A stretch of DNA of 60,482 bases, counting the filler, from Callorhinchus milii (lineage: Eukaryota), in the NCBI RefSeq assembly GCF_018977255.1. It is 3 parts of 3 records of this genome, joined end to end, with 100 filler letters (N's around TTAATTAATTAA, not from the genome) between each part and the next. Parts side by side here need not be neighbours in the genome. Positions count along the whole stretch, not along the records: positions 49,450 to 60,482 come from NW_024705115.1; 2 more parts are not named here. The stretch is one strand, 5' to 3'. Positions within the stretch are counted from its first letter, which is position 1, and the number at the start of each line of letters is the position of its first letter. Under the pieces are notes generated by a model that saw only the letters and a program-made list of their open reading frames with translations, made no database searches and had not been told where the DNA came from. The position numbers and the translations under genes were made by a program. Shown here in pieces: positions 50,761 to 60,482 of the stretch.

Positions 50761-53635
50761 AGATAGTGAGATATGGGTGATGATGGGTAAGAAGGAGGAG
50801 GGAATAATAATGGTCAAGGAGTATGGGTTGGGGTGTTATATATTTCGTGGGGATAGAGGCGGTGACAAAGAGATGAAGGGCTGCGGGGGGACATGGAGGA
50901 GGATGAGAAGGCAGCGAATATGATGCGTATTCTATGGATTCTTTTCACGTTCCAAAGCGATTCAGAGATATGCGGTAGAGTCGAACTATTTTATATTTTG
51001 TTGGAAAAATTGATCAGCCAAATGGATACATGAGTATCGCACAAAGTGTCGCAGATTGAATTACCGAATTAGTATTTTACTTACGATTTATTTAATGTTT
51101 AAAACAATCACAATGAATTTCTTTTATATTTTAAATAAAAAAAGTATTTAGTTATCCTCCAATAGACAATCGTGTGGGTTCCTACTTACTGTTAGTGAAA
51201 CAAAGACACCTTTGAAGCAAGGAAAATTGCAAAAGATTTTTCCCCACTCGGGAATCGAACACATGCCCTCTCGCTTGGGACACTGTTGCTCTAACTACTA
51301 ACCTAAAGGACTCCACATTATTTGCACATCTAAGCAATAATGCGGTGTCCTGCTGATAAGAAAGCTACTGTATAACAGTCAGTTTTATTGCATTGCTATA
51401 TGGTGACAACTAATGGCATTGCAATCTTATGACAGTGTATGTTTTGTGTTGGTATCAGTTTATTTTTGAAACGTGCACTTTGTTTTAGAATTACCCGGGT
51501 GTCCATTGGACGCAGGACAAGTCATACATCATTAATATTAATATTCCACGAAAGTAAAGGCATTCCACCTCAACTCTATCCTCTTTAACCCAACCATTTA
51601 AGACAGCTTTCCTCCACGGACGATCACCCCCACAGCTCCCACCTCAATTCAACTCAAGTTCGGATTCAAGTAAGACCTCTCTGTCGTCTTCGGACGTTAT
51701 CCTAAAATTCAACATTCCGAGTCGCAGTCCAACATGAATGGCGTAAGGGAAATGCAATTTGTTGCGGTTGTTGTTGAAATGAAAGGCACATTATACATGT
51801 GACTTTGTCTTACTGCGAAGTGAAGTGATTGTGCATACATAGGGGAGCTTGACAGCCAATTTATGATAAGCGAGATTGCAGAAATGGTTGTGAAGGGAAT
51901 CAATAACAACATTAACAACAACAAATTACATTTCTATAGATACCTGCACGACGGAAATTCGTCCCAGGACGCTGGAGAGTCAGGGTTTTTTAGATACGAC
52001 CTGGAAGTTGGGGTCAGGATGGGTGAAGGGAAAGAGAGTTTGGATGGGAGTATGGATGAAGGATGTTCGAAGGGACATTTCTTACCTGGGACTTGAAAGA
52101 GTCAGGAGATGTGGTGACGTGGAGTGTTTGCGGGATAGATTTCCAGAGGGTGGGGCAGAGATACTGAATTCATGACTGACAATGGTGTCTTTCATTTAAT
52201 AAACTATTTAATCCAATCCAATGCTGGGTCGCAACATGGGGCTCGTTAGTGTGTATGTACATACGTATGGTATTAGCTATTGCCTCATATTAATCGATGT
52301 GAGACAATACTACTAATATATTTTGTAATTTACCTCTGAATGTCGACACACTTTCCTCAGTTTCACTCTATGATACGATGAGCAAAGTGTATCTAAATCT
52401 AATCATCAAGTAGAAATAAGTTAACGAAAGTGAATACCAAATTATTTAAACATGTGCACATAACTTTCAACGATAGCATCACATTTCTTGCTAGCGTTAA
52501 TAGGGGTTAATTCCACAGGATTCTATCTTCATTTTCATTTCTGGAACCATCAAGCAAATAAAAATTGCATCATTATCATTTTTATTATTTTATCATTCTA
52601 AAGTTAGAAGCGCTACGCTTCGTTGATCAGTTGAGAAAATTTAATTGTTTGTCTCTATAATAGACGTTAGCAAGTAATGTGTTTTCAGCGAAAAAATTAC
52701 AGTTACCAAAGCTTTACTTTTATTTCTACGCTTAATAAATAGATCATAAAATTACATTTGATAATTGTGAGTGACTCAATTACCTGCCATGATGATTTTG
52801 TAAATTTTTTTTCTCAAACGTTGTTGTTCTAATAATAATCGTTGCAGTTGGTATTTCAATAATAATTTTGTCACATTAATCCTTTATTATTTTGCGTGAC
52901 ACTGTTGTAAGGAATCGGCTGCCATGTTTAGCTCACAAAAAGCACGGTAAGTAAAATTTACAGCATATTTTGTGAAGCACTTTGTGACGTCTCGAAGACG
53001 AGAAAAGTTCTACAGAAAATATAAGGATTATTTTCATTTATTTCACTCTTTACTTACATGAACAACTGTTTTCATTTCACTTTTGTTTGGAAATCAGTCA
53101 CGTGATTCCTGTGAGAGATACTGCAGCAATGTCGAAGTTTGTTAAATAGGTCAACTGTCAAAACTAATATCTGTACTCATATGAAATTCTCTGTCTCATT
53201 TTCAGCATTATGTACAGTGAGGTAGTCTAACAGAAACACATTATGGAATAATATTGCCAATAATAATCCTTGCATTTGATATAGCGCCTGATGACGACTT
53301 TCAGACATCCCAAAACAAATCACAGAATATGATGTAAAGTGAATTCACTATATCTTTTGTGGATGGTACGTGGCAGCCAATTGAGTTCGGCGAAGTTCAA
53401 AAACGTGTCATGGATTGAGTGACCAATTTATTGTTATTAATTTAAGGGTTTATTATCCCCAGAAAAACAAACTGTCAATCGACTAACCACACGTTATTTC
53501 TTACTGCTCAGCAAACCGAGGTGGGTGGAGTGATGAAACCTGCCCACAATTTTCCCCGAGTGGGAAACAAACACAAGTCTCTCCCTTTCGAGGCAAGTGC
53601 TCTAACCACAGAGCTAAAAGGCTCCACGTTGGCTC

Positions 53636-53674
53636 GGTTTTTGTACAGGGAAGTCATTGCTTTGCAGCACTGTG
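53636..53674 (-). other. 23-RSS (CACAGTG, 23 bp, ACAAAAACC)
   Basis: Perfect consensus heptamer and nonamer. Confidence 0.95.
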
Positions 53675-54372
53675 CTTGATGTTAAGCCGCAATAATATGC
53701 GGCAGCGTCAGTGATAACGACGCTGCGTATTATAAAGTGGTTTGTCTCTGATTCTCGTCAAGCTGTGAAGAAAAACGACGTGCGGCGAAATCTAGCAGTG
53801 TTGCTTCCTCCAGCAGTATCCCTGTAGAGAACGTATTGGGGAGCGAGACCTGGTTGATGTCTGAACCAGTTCAGAGCAGCATAGGACGAGCTGGTGGTAT
53901 ATGAGCAGCTCAGACTCACTGTGTCTCCCTCTTGTTTGCTCAGCCCCGCTGTCTGCTGTCTGACTGAATCTCCCAGTACCACATCTGCAACGAGAGGTAT
54001 AAGATAAACATCAAGTCCTGTAGCTCGGTGCTTAGTGAACTCGCCGCGCAAGGATTTGGGATCTTTTCCCTTACTGGACAGGGCGGAATCTTAAGCAAGT
54101 TTCCTTGTGCAGTTGCCAAACGCTTTTCGCTCAACAGACATCTCGTTTAGTTTAAGGCGTTTTATCAAATACAAGATTTACTGTCATTAACTTTGCATTC
54201 CTACATTTCAACTCCCAAGCCCAGCTCGGGGGATCAGCCCGGACTGCCAAACACAATGAGCCGTCCTTCAGATAAATAAAATCTCTAAATCAATGTTAAC
54301 GTGTCCTGTAGATTTCACAGCCTCACCTGACATAAAGCTCAACAGGAGAAGACATTCGTTGAGCAACCACAT
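53675..54372 (-). pseudogene. TCR alpha/delta-type V segment (delta-like); in-frame stop from two compensating frameshifts as assembled
   Basis: Leader 54327-54372 (MWLLNECLLLLSFMS). V exon 53675-53984: DSVRQ...SLSCSY...LNWFRHQPG...DAAAYYCGLTS, with +1 and -1 indels in FR3 and a TGA at 53758-53760. Confidence 0.85.
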
Positions 54373-55641
54373 TTTCGCTCTTCTTTAAGAAGCCTTTACC
54401 ATCAGAGTTTGATGACAGAAAGTGTTTGTCGAGGATGACGGGTTTCACCATCACATCCGTGACCCCACAGCAGCGTTTCCTTGACAAATTTACCCTGTCA
54501 CCTTGTCCAGCTGCTAAATATGTGCGTTGGGCTACACCCATTTTCATGTTCAATGATATCAGAGCCACCATAAGATGATGTTAAATTTCTTGTGGATAAA
54601 AGTTTGGAGACAGAGAATCATAATAATCCTTGCACGTGAAAAAGTGTTGCGCTACACTCATTTACCTGTACATTCATTTCAAACTGACCCCAAAATTATG
54701 TCAAAGCTGTTGTGGGTAAAACTTTGTTGAGAAAATATCACAGACTTGCATTTGATAATGCATCGTTGAGACACCAATTACAGCAATAAATTGCCATAGG
54801 TAGCGTTTTTTCACATAGGGAGGACGTCGCAAATCGCTGGAAAGTGAATGGTTTTGCACGCGGGATGGGAGAGGGGTGAGAGCATGGTGGGTAGAGGAAT
54901 GATGATCATTGAAGACTCGGTTGAGAAAGATGGTCTTCAGACGGGCATTGAATGAGCCAAGGGGACACAAACATTTTAATAGATGTCATAGAACCTATTC
55001 CACCTTTCATTGTTACCATAGTTCCGCCGCCCAACCACACCGACCTCCACAAAAACTACCAACCCGGACACTCACTTCCATCTGCAAGGATATCGCTAAT
55101 TCTTTCGAGTCGTTCCTTGGGATATTTAACATCCACCTGAACAGAAATGGATTGAGTGACCCACATTATGTTTTGAAGGGAATACTACAAACACGGAAAA
55201 GCAATCCAGCGATCGGTTTGCAATCGGGTTCTTACTCAATGCAAGATAAATAGAGAAATGTGTATGGATTGAGAAAAATTGTCTAAGCTTTCACCCTGCC
55301 CGGGATGGAACTCGGGACCTCTCGTTTGTGAGGTGAATGCTGTTCCCTCTTCGTTATAGGGCTCCGTTTCATAAAGCATTAGAATCAGTATTCGTGTTTA
55401 TTTTACCTGCAAACCGAAGTAAATCAATAGCAGCTGCAACTGTAACTGTTCATTAATTGCTGTCTGCATTTATTGTGACAGATAATGAGGTAAACGTTTA
55501 GCTGACAAGTTTATGGGAGTTGAATGTGGTTTCCTCTTTGTCAAACTACAGACATGTTTGCTCCCCGCAGGGCCGCAAGGCCTGACCAAGTTTCCGCACA
55601 CACTTCAACAGTCAGATCATCCCTATGCACAAAGTGAAGGC

Positions 55642-55680
55642 AGTTTTTGTACGAGACTTGCAGTGCACTCTATCACTGTG
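55642..55680 (-). other. 23-RSS (CACAGTG, 23 bp, ACAAAAACT)
   Basis: Perfect heptamer, nonamer 8/9. Confidence 0.95.
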
Positions 55681-56614
55681 CTGAGACTAAGGGCACAGTA
55701 ATACACAGCGCTGTCAGACACCACCAGCTCAGAGATGGATAAACTGGTGGAAGAATTGGATTTGTGAAGCTGAGCAGAGAAACGGTTTCCAAATCCAACT
55801 CCTTTTTCTTCAAGTTCACTGCCAGAATATCTCCATATTATAAACTCTGGCTGTTTGCCTGCGTAATGCCGGTACCAATGGAGAAGGTAATCGCTTTCAG
55901 TCGTGGAATAGGTGCATTGTAAAATCACCGTTTCTCTTTCTTTCTTAACCACCGTCGCAGGTTTCTGAGTGACAGAGTCCCCATCGCAGAATTCTGTAAT
56001 AAACAAGGAAGAGCACAACAATGTACTATTTAATCTAGGCGTGAAAGGAAACGAGTTATATATTTGACGATTGTTTATAATTACATCATAACCTGTATAT
56101 TTTATAGAGCACATTATCACGGTGTTGAGACGTCGGTGTGCGCTATACAGAATGTTCTATCCAGTTAATTTCTGTGTATTTTTTGAGCGAAATTGCGCAC
56201 AGCAGTTTCACTAGAACAGTTGTGGAACGAGTTAGCAAATTATTATTTACAGACAAGTAATGGTTATTGCCCGCGAGAAAGTGATCGGCCTAACGACTCA
56301 AAATCGATGAATGGAGAAATTGATACTTGGAAGGTGTATTGCTCAGTTTTATAAAGTATCCGGTTTCCTGCTTCCTCCAAGGAAAAGAGAGGCGTTTCTG
56401 TGGAGTAACGAAATTTGCCTTAGATTTCTCCCTGCTGGGGAATCGATCCCAGCTCCTCTCGCGAGGCGGAAGCTCCAACTACTGAGATATAGGTTTCACT
56501 CCACATTTGTCGTTTATATGGAGCATAGCATCATCACCAACACTGAATTAGCTCAATACGGCCTCACCTGACATTAAGGTTCCCAGCACAAGACAGACAG
56601 CAAACAGACCTCAT
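55681..56614 (-). pseudogene. TCR alpha/delta V segment: intact V exon, leader exon frameshifted as assembled
   Basis: V exon 55681-55993 is open (DSVTQKP...ILQCTYS...LHWYRHYAG...DSAVYYCALSL). Leader 56568-56614 is 47 nt versus 46 nt in the paralogous leader at 59510-59555. Confidence 0.85.
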
Positions 56615-56689
56615 TGCTGCTCTTCAGTCTGTGTGGCTGTGTCTGTGCCATCAGTTTGCTGATAACCCGCAGTGATTGTCGGCATTGGC

Positions 56690-56725
56690 GGAGCCACAGT
56701 CTCACGTCACCTCATTGGCATCTCA
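56690..56725 (-). promoter_or_regulatory. V promoter: CRE-like TGACGTGA flanked by CCAAT boxes
   Basis: TCACGTCA at 56702-56709 with ATTGG on either side, about 90 bp upstream of the leader ATG; conserved at 59643-59650. Confidence 0.55.
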
Positions 56726-58539
56726 GCCGCGTTTCATTACAACAACCAATTGCTTTTATACCGCGGCTTTCACCAGTCACTGGGGGCAGGGAATACTCTC
56801 ACTCACCTACTGTTAAACCTGCAAGCCAAAGGGCGAACTGGAAGGATGGTGATAGCCTGACAAACAGTGGGAAAGCTTTTCAAAAGCGAAATCAATAACA
56901 AGCTTTGTTCTTTGAGCAACTTAGATTACAGCAGATTCCCCAACGCACACTCTGAAGGCCCCACGTTTTGGGTCTTGCGTAATACTCTTCAGAATTAAGT
57001 AAGCAGAGAGAGACTTTACATTCAATTCCAATAATTTGTCTTTCAGATTTCCATGTGTACGTGGAAACCATAGAAATGGCAGTTTTGCTTTGGATATTCA
57101 TAAGCACAGTGATTGTTTTGCTCATTTACTGTCTCCCACAATATAACAGAGAGACAGACTGAAACGGCTATATTAAAATGATCAACATTTAAATTTATTT
57201 CCAGTGGTTACTTGTAAAGTATTCTCACTCTTCGCTGATTACATTAGTGTAGCGTTCTGAACTTTATTTGATCATACACCAAAAACTCTGGGCGAACTGT
57301 TGCTCTTGAAAGCCTTTCCAGCCGTGACTGTATGGAAAAGAAAAGTGTAACTGGAAATCTCTTTTCCAACAGTGCCATGCAATTTTTGCTGTCCTCCTGA
57401 ACAAGCAGACCGGATCTCAGTCTAATAGTAGTAGTAATACTTGCGTTAGTGATAGAGCGGTAAAGCGTATCATCACGCCTTCGAGACACCTCCAAGCGCT
57501 TCACAGAATATAATGCGAATTGATTCTCTTTTGTGGGTGAAATGCGTCATCCAATTTCCCACAGTAAGTTCACAAACAGCCGTGGATTAAGTTATCAAAT
57601 TGCTATTCTTCTTCTTTTGAATGAATTATTAGACCCGGGATAATGATCCATAGCACAGATATTCTTCTTTCTTCCAAGTTCTCTCAAATTCAAATATAAA
57701 TGAATTTGCACCTTCATGCTAATTAACTATGCAGTTTATAAAATCGTTAGTTTAGTTGGCATGCACTTTTAACGTGCTGGTTAGTTGGAAAGCAATAGTA
57801 GATTGTCGCCATCTAATGTCCAATATGCCACATTTCGGCATTGCTTCATATTTGATGCAAAACCTGAATGAAATCATTGAATGAAATAAAAATCTATTGT
57901 CGTATCTGACATATATCAGCTGAGGCTCAGATTACAATAATAGGCGCCGCTCACAGCCATTGTAACGACACAGAAGGTGATGCCACGCCTCCCACACACT
58001 GAGCAATAATAATATTATTTTTGTATTTGATATAGCGCCTCATCACGTCTTCGTGACGTGTCAAGGCAAATGACAAAATTTACTGAATATCGAATTGACG
58101 GGTTTACGTAGTTGGCGAAATGTAACAGCCAATTGAGCACAGCAGTGTTCCCAAATCATTCAACGAACAATTGACCAATTGTTTAAAATTATGTGCTAAA
58201 ATACGACCAAACGTGGATGTATTTTTAAAACAAACACTTGTGTTTATTATATTTGCAATCGGCAACAAATCAACAGCAACTTGATGTGTAATGACTAACT
58301 GATTCATTAATTGCTGTCTACGTTTATCGTGACAGGTAATGATTTAAAAGTTCAGCTAACAAGTTGATGTGAAGTGAATGTGGTTTCCTCTGATTCTGCG
58401 CTACAGGACATGTCATCTCCTCGAAAGGCCTCAAGGCCTGACCAAGGTTCCGCACACACTTCAACAGACAAAGTTTGCTGTGTTTAAAATTGAAGGCATT
58501 TTTTTGTACAGAGACTTGCAGTGAAAGCCTACCACTGTG

Positions 58540-59555
58540 GTCAGATTAAAGGCACCAGTAATACACAGCGCTGTCAGACAACCAACCAGCGCAGAGATGG
58601 ATAAAACTGGTGGTAGAAATGGATTTGTGCAGTTTGGCATAGAAACTCTTTCCAAATCCGTATTGCACTGACATGACTTGTCATTCCAGAGTATCTCTCC
58701 GAATTATAAATTCAGGTTGTTTGTCTTGGTCATTCCTGTACCAGAAGAGACCCGTGAGCACTCTTGAGTCGTAGAATAAGTACATTGCAACGTCACAAGT
58801 TTCTCTTTCTTTCTGGAACCACAGTGGCAGCTTTCTGACACAGGAGAGTCTCCGACACACAGATCTGGAATAAAAATGGAAGTGCTCGACAATATATTAT
58901 TTATTATTTGTCTCAATTATTATTCCCTTCGGAGGCTATCCTTATGAGAGAGGCGCTACACATTTGCCATTTGTTAATAATGAACTAATAATAATCAAAG
59001 TATTTTGCTATAGCAGACTATCGCATACTTGATTCTGCTGAAAGCGCTACACATGATTATATTTGTATCAAATGAATGGCGTGTATGTTTTTATCGACGA
59101 AATGCCGCAATCCAATGGCGCACAGCGATTCCGCACAGTTACTTGTGGAATGAGTTATCAAATTATTATTTAATTTTTTTTAAAGGGATTATATAAAGAA
59201 ATCCGCCAATCCACTAAAAATGTTGGAGAATTCTATTATTATTTCGATTGGTAATCTTAACCTTAGGTTCAGCTCTTGGTGATAAGCAAACAGTGTCCTT
59301 CTTATCGCTTTGGCAACGAGAGAATGTGTGAGGGGAAGTAAGGAAACTTGACTAACGTTTCGGCATATCCTATTAGGGAATTAACTCAGGTCTTCTCGAT
59401 TAGCGAGGCGAGCGCTCAAATCACTCTGCTTTCGTTCTCCGCTACCAATTGTTGTTGAAATGGAGCTGACAATCGGCAGCAACACTGAATTAGCTCAACA
59501 CGGCCTCACCTGATATAAAGGTTTCCAGCACCAGACAGACAGCAAACAGCCTCAT
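58540..59555 (-). pseudogene. TCR alpha/delta V pseudogene (multiple frameshifts, 25-bp RSS spacer)
   Basis: Intact leader 59510-59555 (MRLFAVCLVLETFIS). V exon 58540-58864 is paralogous to 55681-55993 but has several indels; heptamer 58533-58539. Confidence 0.85.
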
Positions 59556-60297
59556 TGCTGCTCTTCAGTCTGTGTGGTTGTGTCTGTGGTATCAGTTTGC
59601 TGATAACCCGCAGTGATTGTCGGCATTGGCGGAGCCACAGTCTCACGTCACATCATTGGCATCTTAGCCGCGTTTCAATACAGGAGCCAATTGCTTTTAT
59701 ACAGCGGCTTTACCAGTCACTGGTGATAGGGTTCCCTCCCAATCAGCTCGTGGTAATCGTGGAAGCCGTAGCATTAACTGGTAGGATGATCATAATAATA
59801 ATATAATAATAATTCTTCCTTTGGCTATCGCATTTTATCAAATCATCCAGGCGTTTCAAAGCGCTTCACGGAATAAAAAATAAATTGTAGTTACTGTGTG
59901 TTTTGCGAGCGAAAAGCGGCAGCCAATTACGCACATCAGTGTCCCATAAAGAGTCGTACATTGAGTGATCAATTTATTTATTATCCTTTTTTTTAGGGTG
60001 TTTTAGCGGTGGTAAAGCAATCCGCCAATCAGGTTACTACCTACTGCTGAGCAGAGGTTTGTGTATGAAGCAAATTTGCCCAACATTTCGCCCTGTCGGG
60101 AATTGGAAGCAGCTATGGACCTCAACCACGGTTATGGCAAGAGTTTTTGACATCGTGGAATGATTGTGTTGTTTGTGTGACTGTCAGATGTTCTGTCAAT
60201 GTGATGTTTTCTTGTGTCTTTATCTCGTCTCCTTTCCCACAGGAAATCGCTGCTGCGGTCGAGAGAGATAGGAGCGGAAACCCCACTAAACTTTGTT

Positions 60298-60336
60298 AGT
60301 TTTTGTTCGAGTCTCTGACTGGTTCCCATCACTGTG
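60298..60336 (-). other. 23-RSS (CACAGTG, 23 bp, ACAAAAACT)
   Basis: Perfect heptamer, nonamer 8/9. Confidence 0.95.
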
Positions 60337-60482
60337 CACTTGGAGCGCACAGTAATAGACAGCGCTATCAGACACCACCAGCTCAGAGATGGATAAACTG
60401 GTGGAAGAATTGGATTTGTGAAGCTGAGCAGAGAAACGGTTTCCAAATCCAACTCCTTTTTCTTCAAGTTCACTCCAGAATA
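60337..60482 (-). CDS. TCR alpha/delta V segment, 3' part (truncated by window end)
   Basis: ELEEKGVGFGNRFSAQLHKSNSSTSLSISELVVSDSAVYYCALQV, near-identical to the V at 55681; one base is missing relative to that paralogue near 60472. Confidence 0.85.

Noticed and set aside
60215-60300. Strong + strand splice-acceptor-like tract (CTCCTTTCCCACAG) antisense to the V array
   Set aside because: Followed by only a 17-codon open stretch with no donor or homology; could be chance.
49450-60482. D or J segments and 12-RSS
   Set aside because: I scanned for CACAGTG/CACTGTG with 12-bp spacers and FGxG motifs; only V-associated 22-25-bp RSS were found (the CACTGTG near 50606 has no nonamer).

Overview
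Vertebrate genomic DNA, most likely from a cartilaginous fish. This is inferred from the shark-type DeuSINE/L2/CR1 repeats and a NAR-type V segment; the species cannot be confirmed from sequence alone. The window is not one locus. Two artificial 100-bp linkers (44 N + TTAATTAATTAA + 44 N at 20643-20742 and 49350-49449) join three unrelated scaffolds. Scaffold A (1-20642) holds a complete 5-exon FDXACB1 (-) followed by ALG9. ALG9 is broken by an exact, blunt, reciprocal 4045-bp inversion (4659-8703) that cuts exon 2 and a CR1 element in two. Scaffold B (20743-49349) holds the 5' end of CDC14A (-) with a candidate alternative first exon, a complete 11-exon RTCA (-) and a complete 11-exon DBT (+). 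RTCA and DBT are head-to-head with start codons about 400 bp apart, separated by a tandem repeat carrying five CTCF-consensus motifs. Scaffold C (49450-60482) is part of a TCR alpha/delta-type V array (all -). It has four conventional V segments, each carrying an indel, and one intact IgNAR-like (NAR-TCR type) L-V segment with an RSS. The rest is SINE/LINE debris and several large minisatellites. Gene identities come from my translating the exons and comparing them from memory with vertebrate orthologues. No database search was run.
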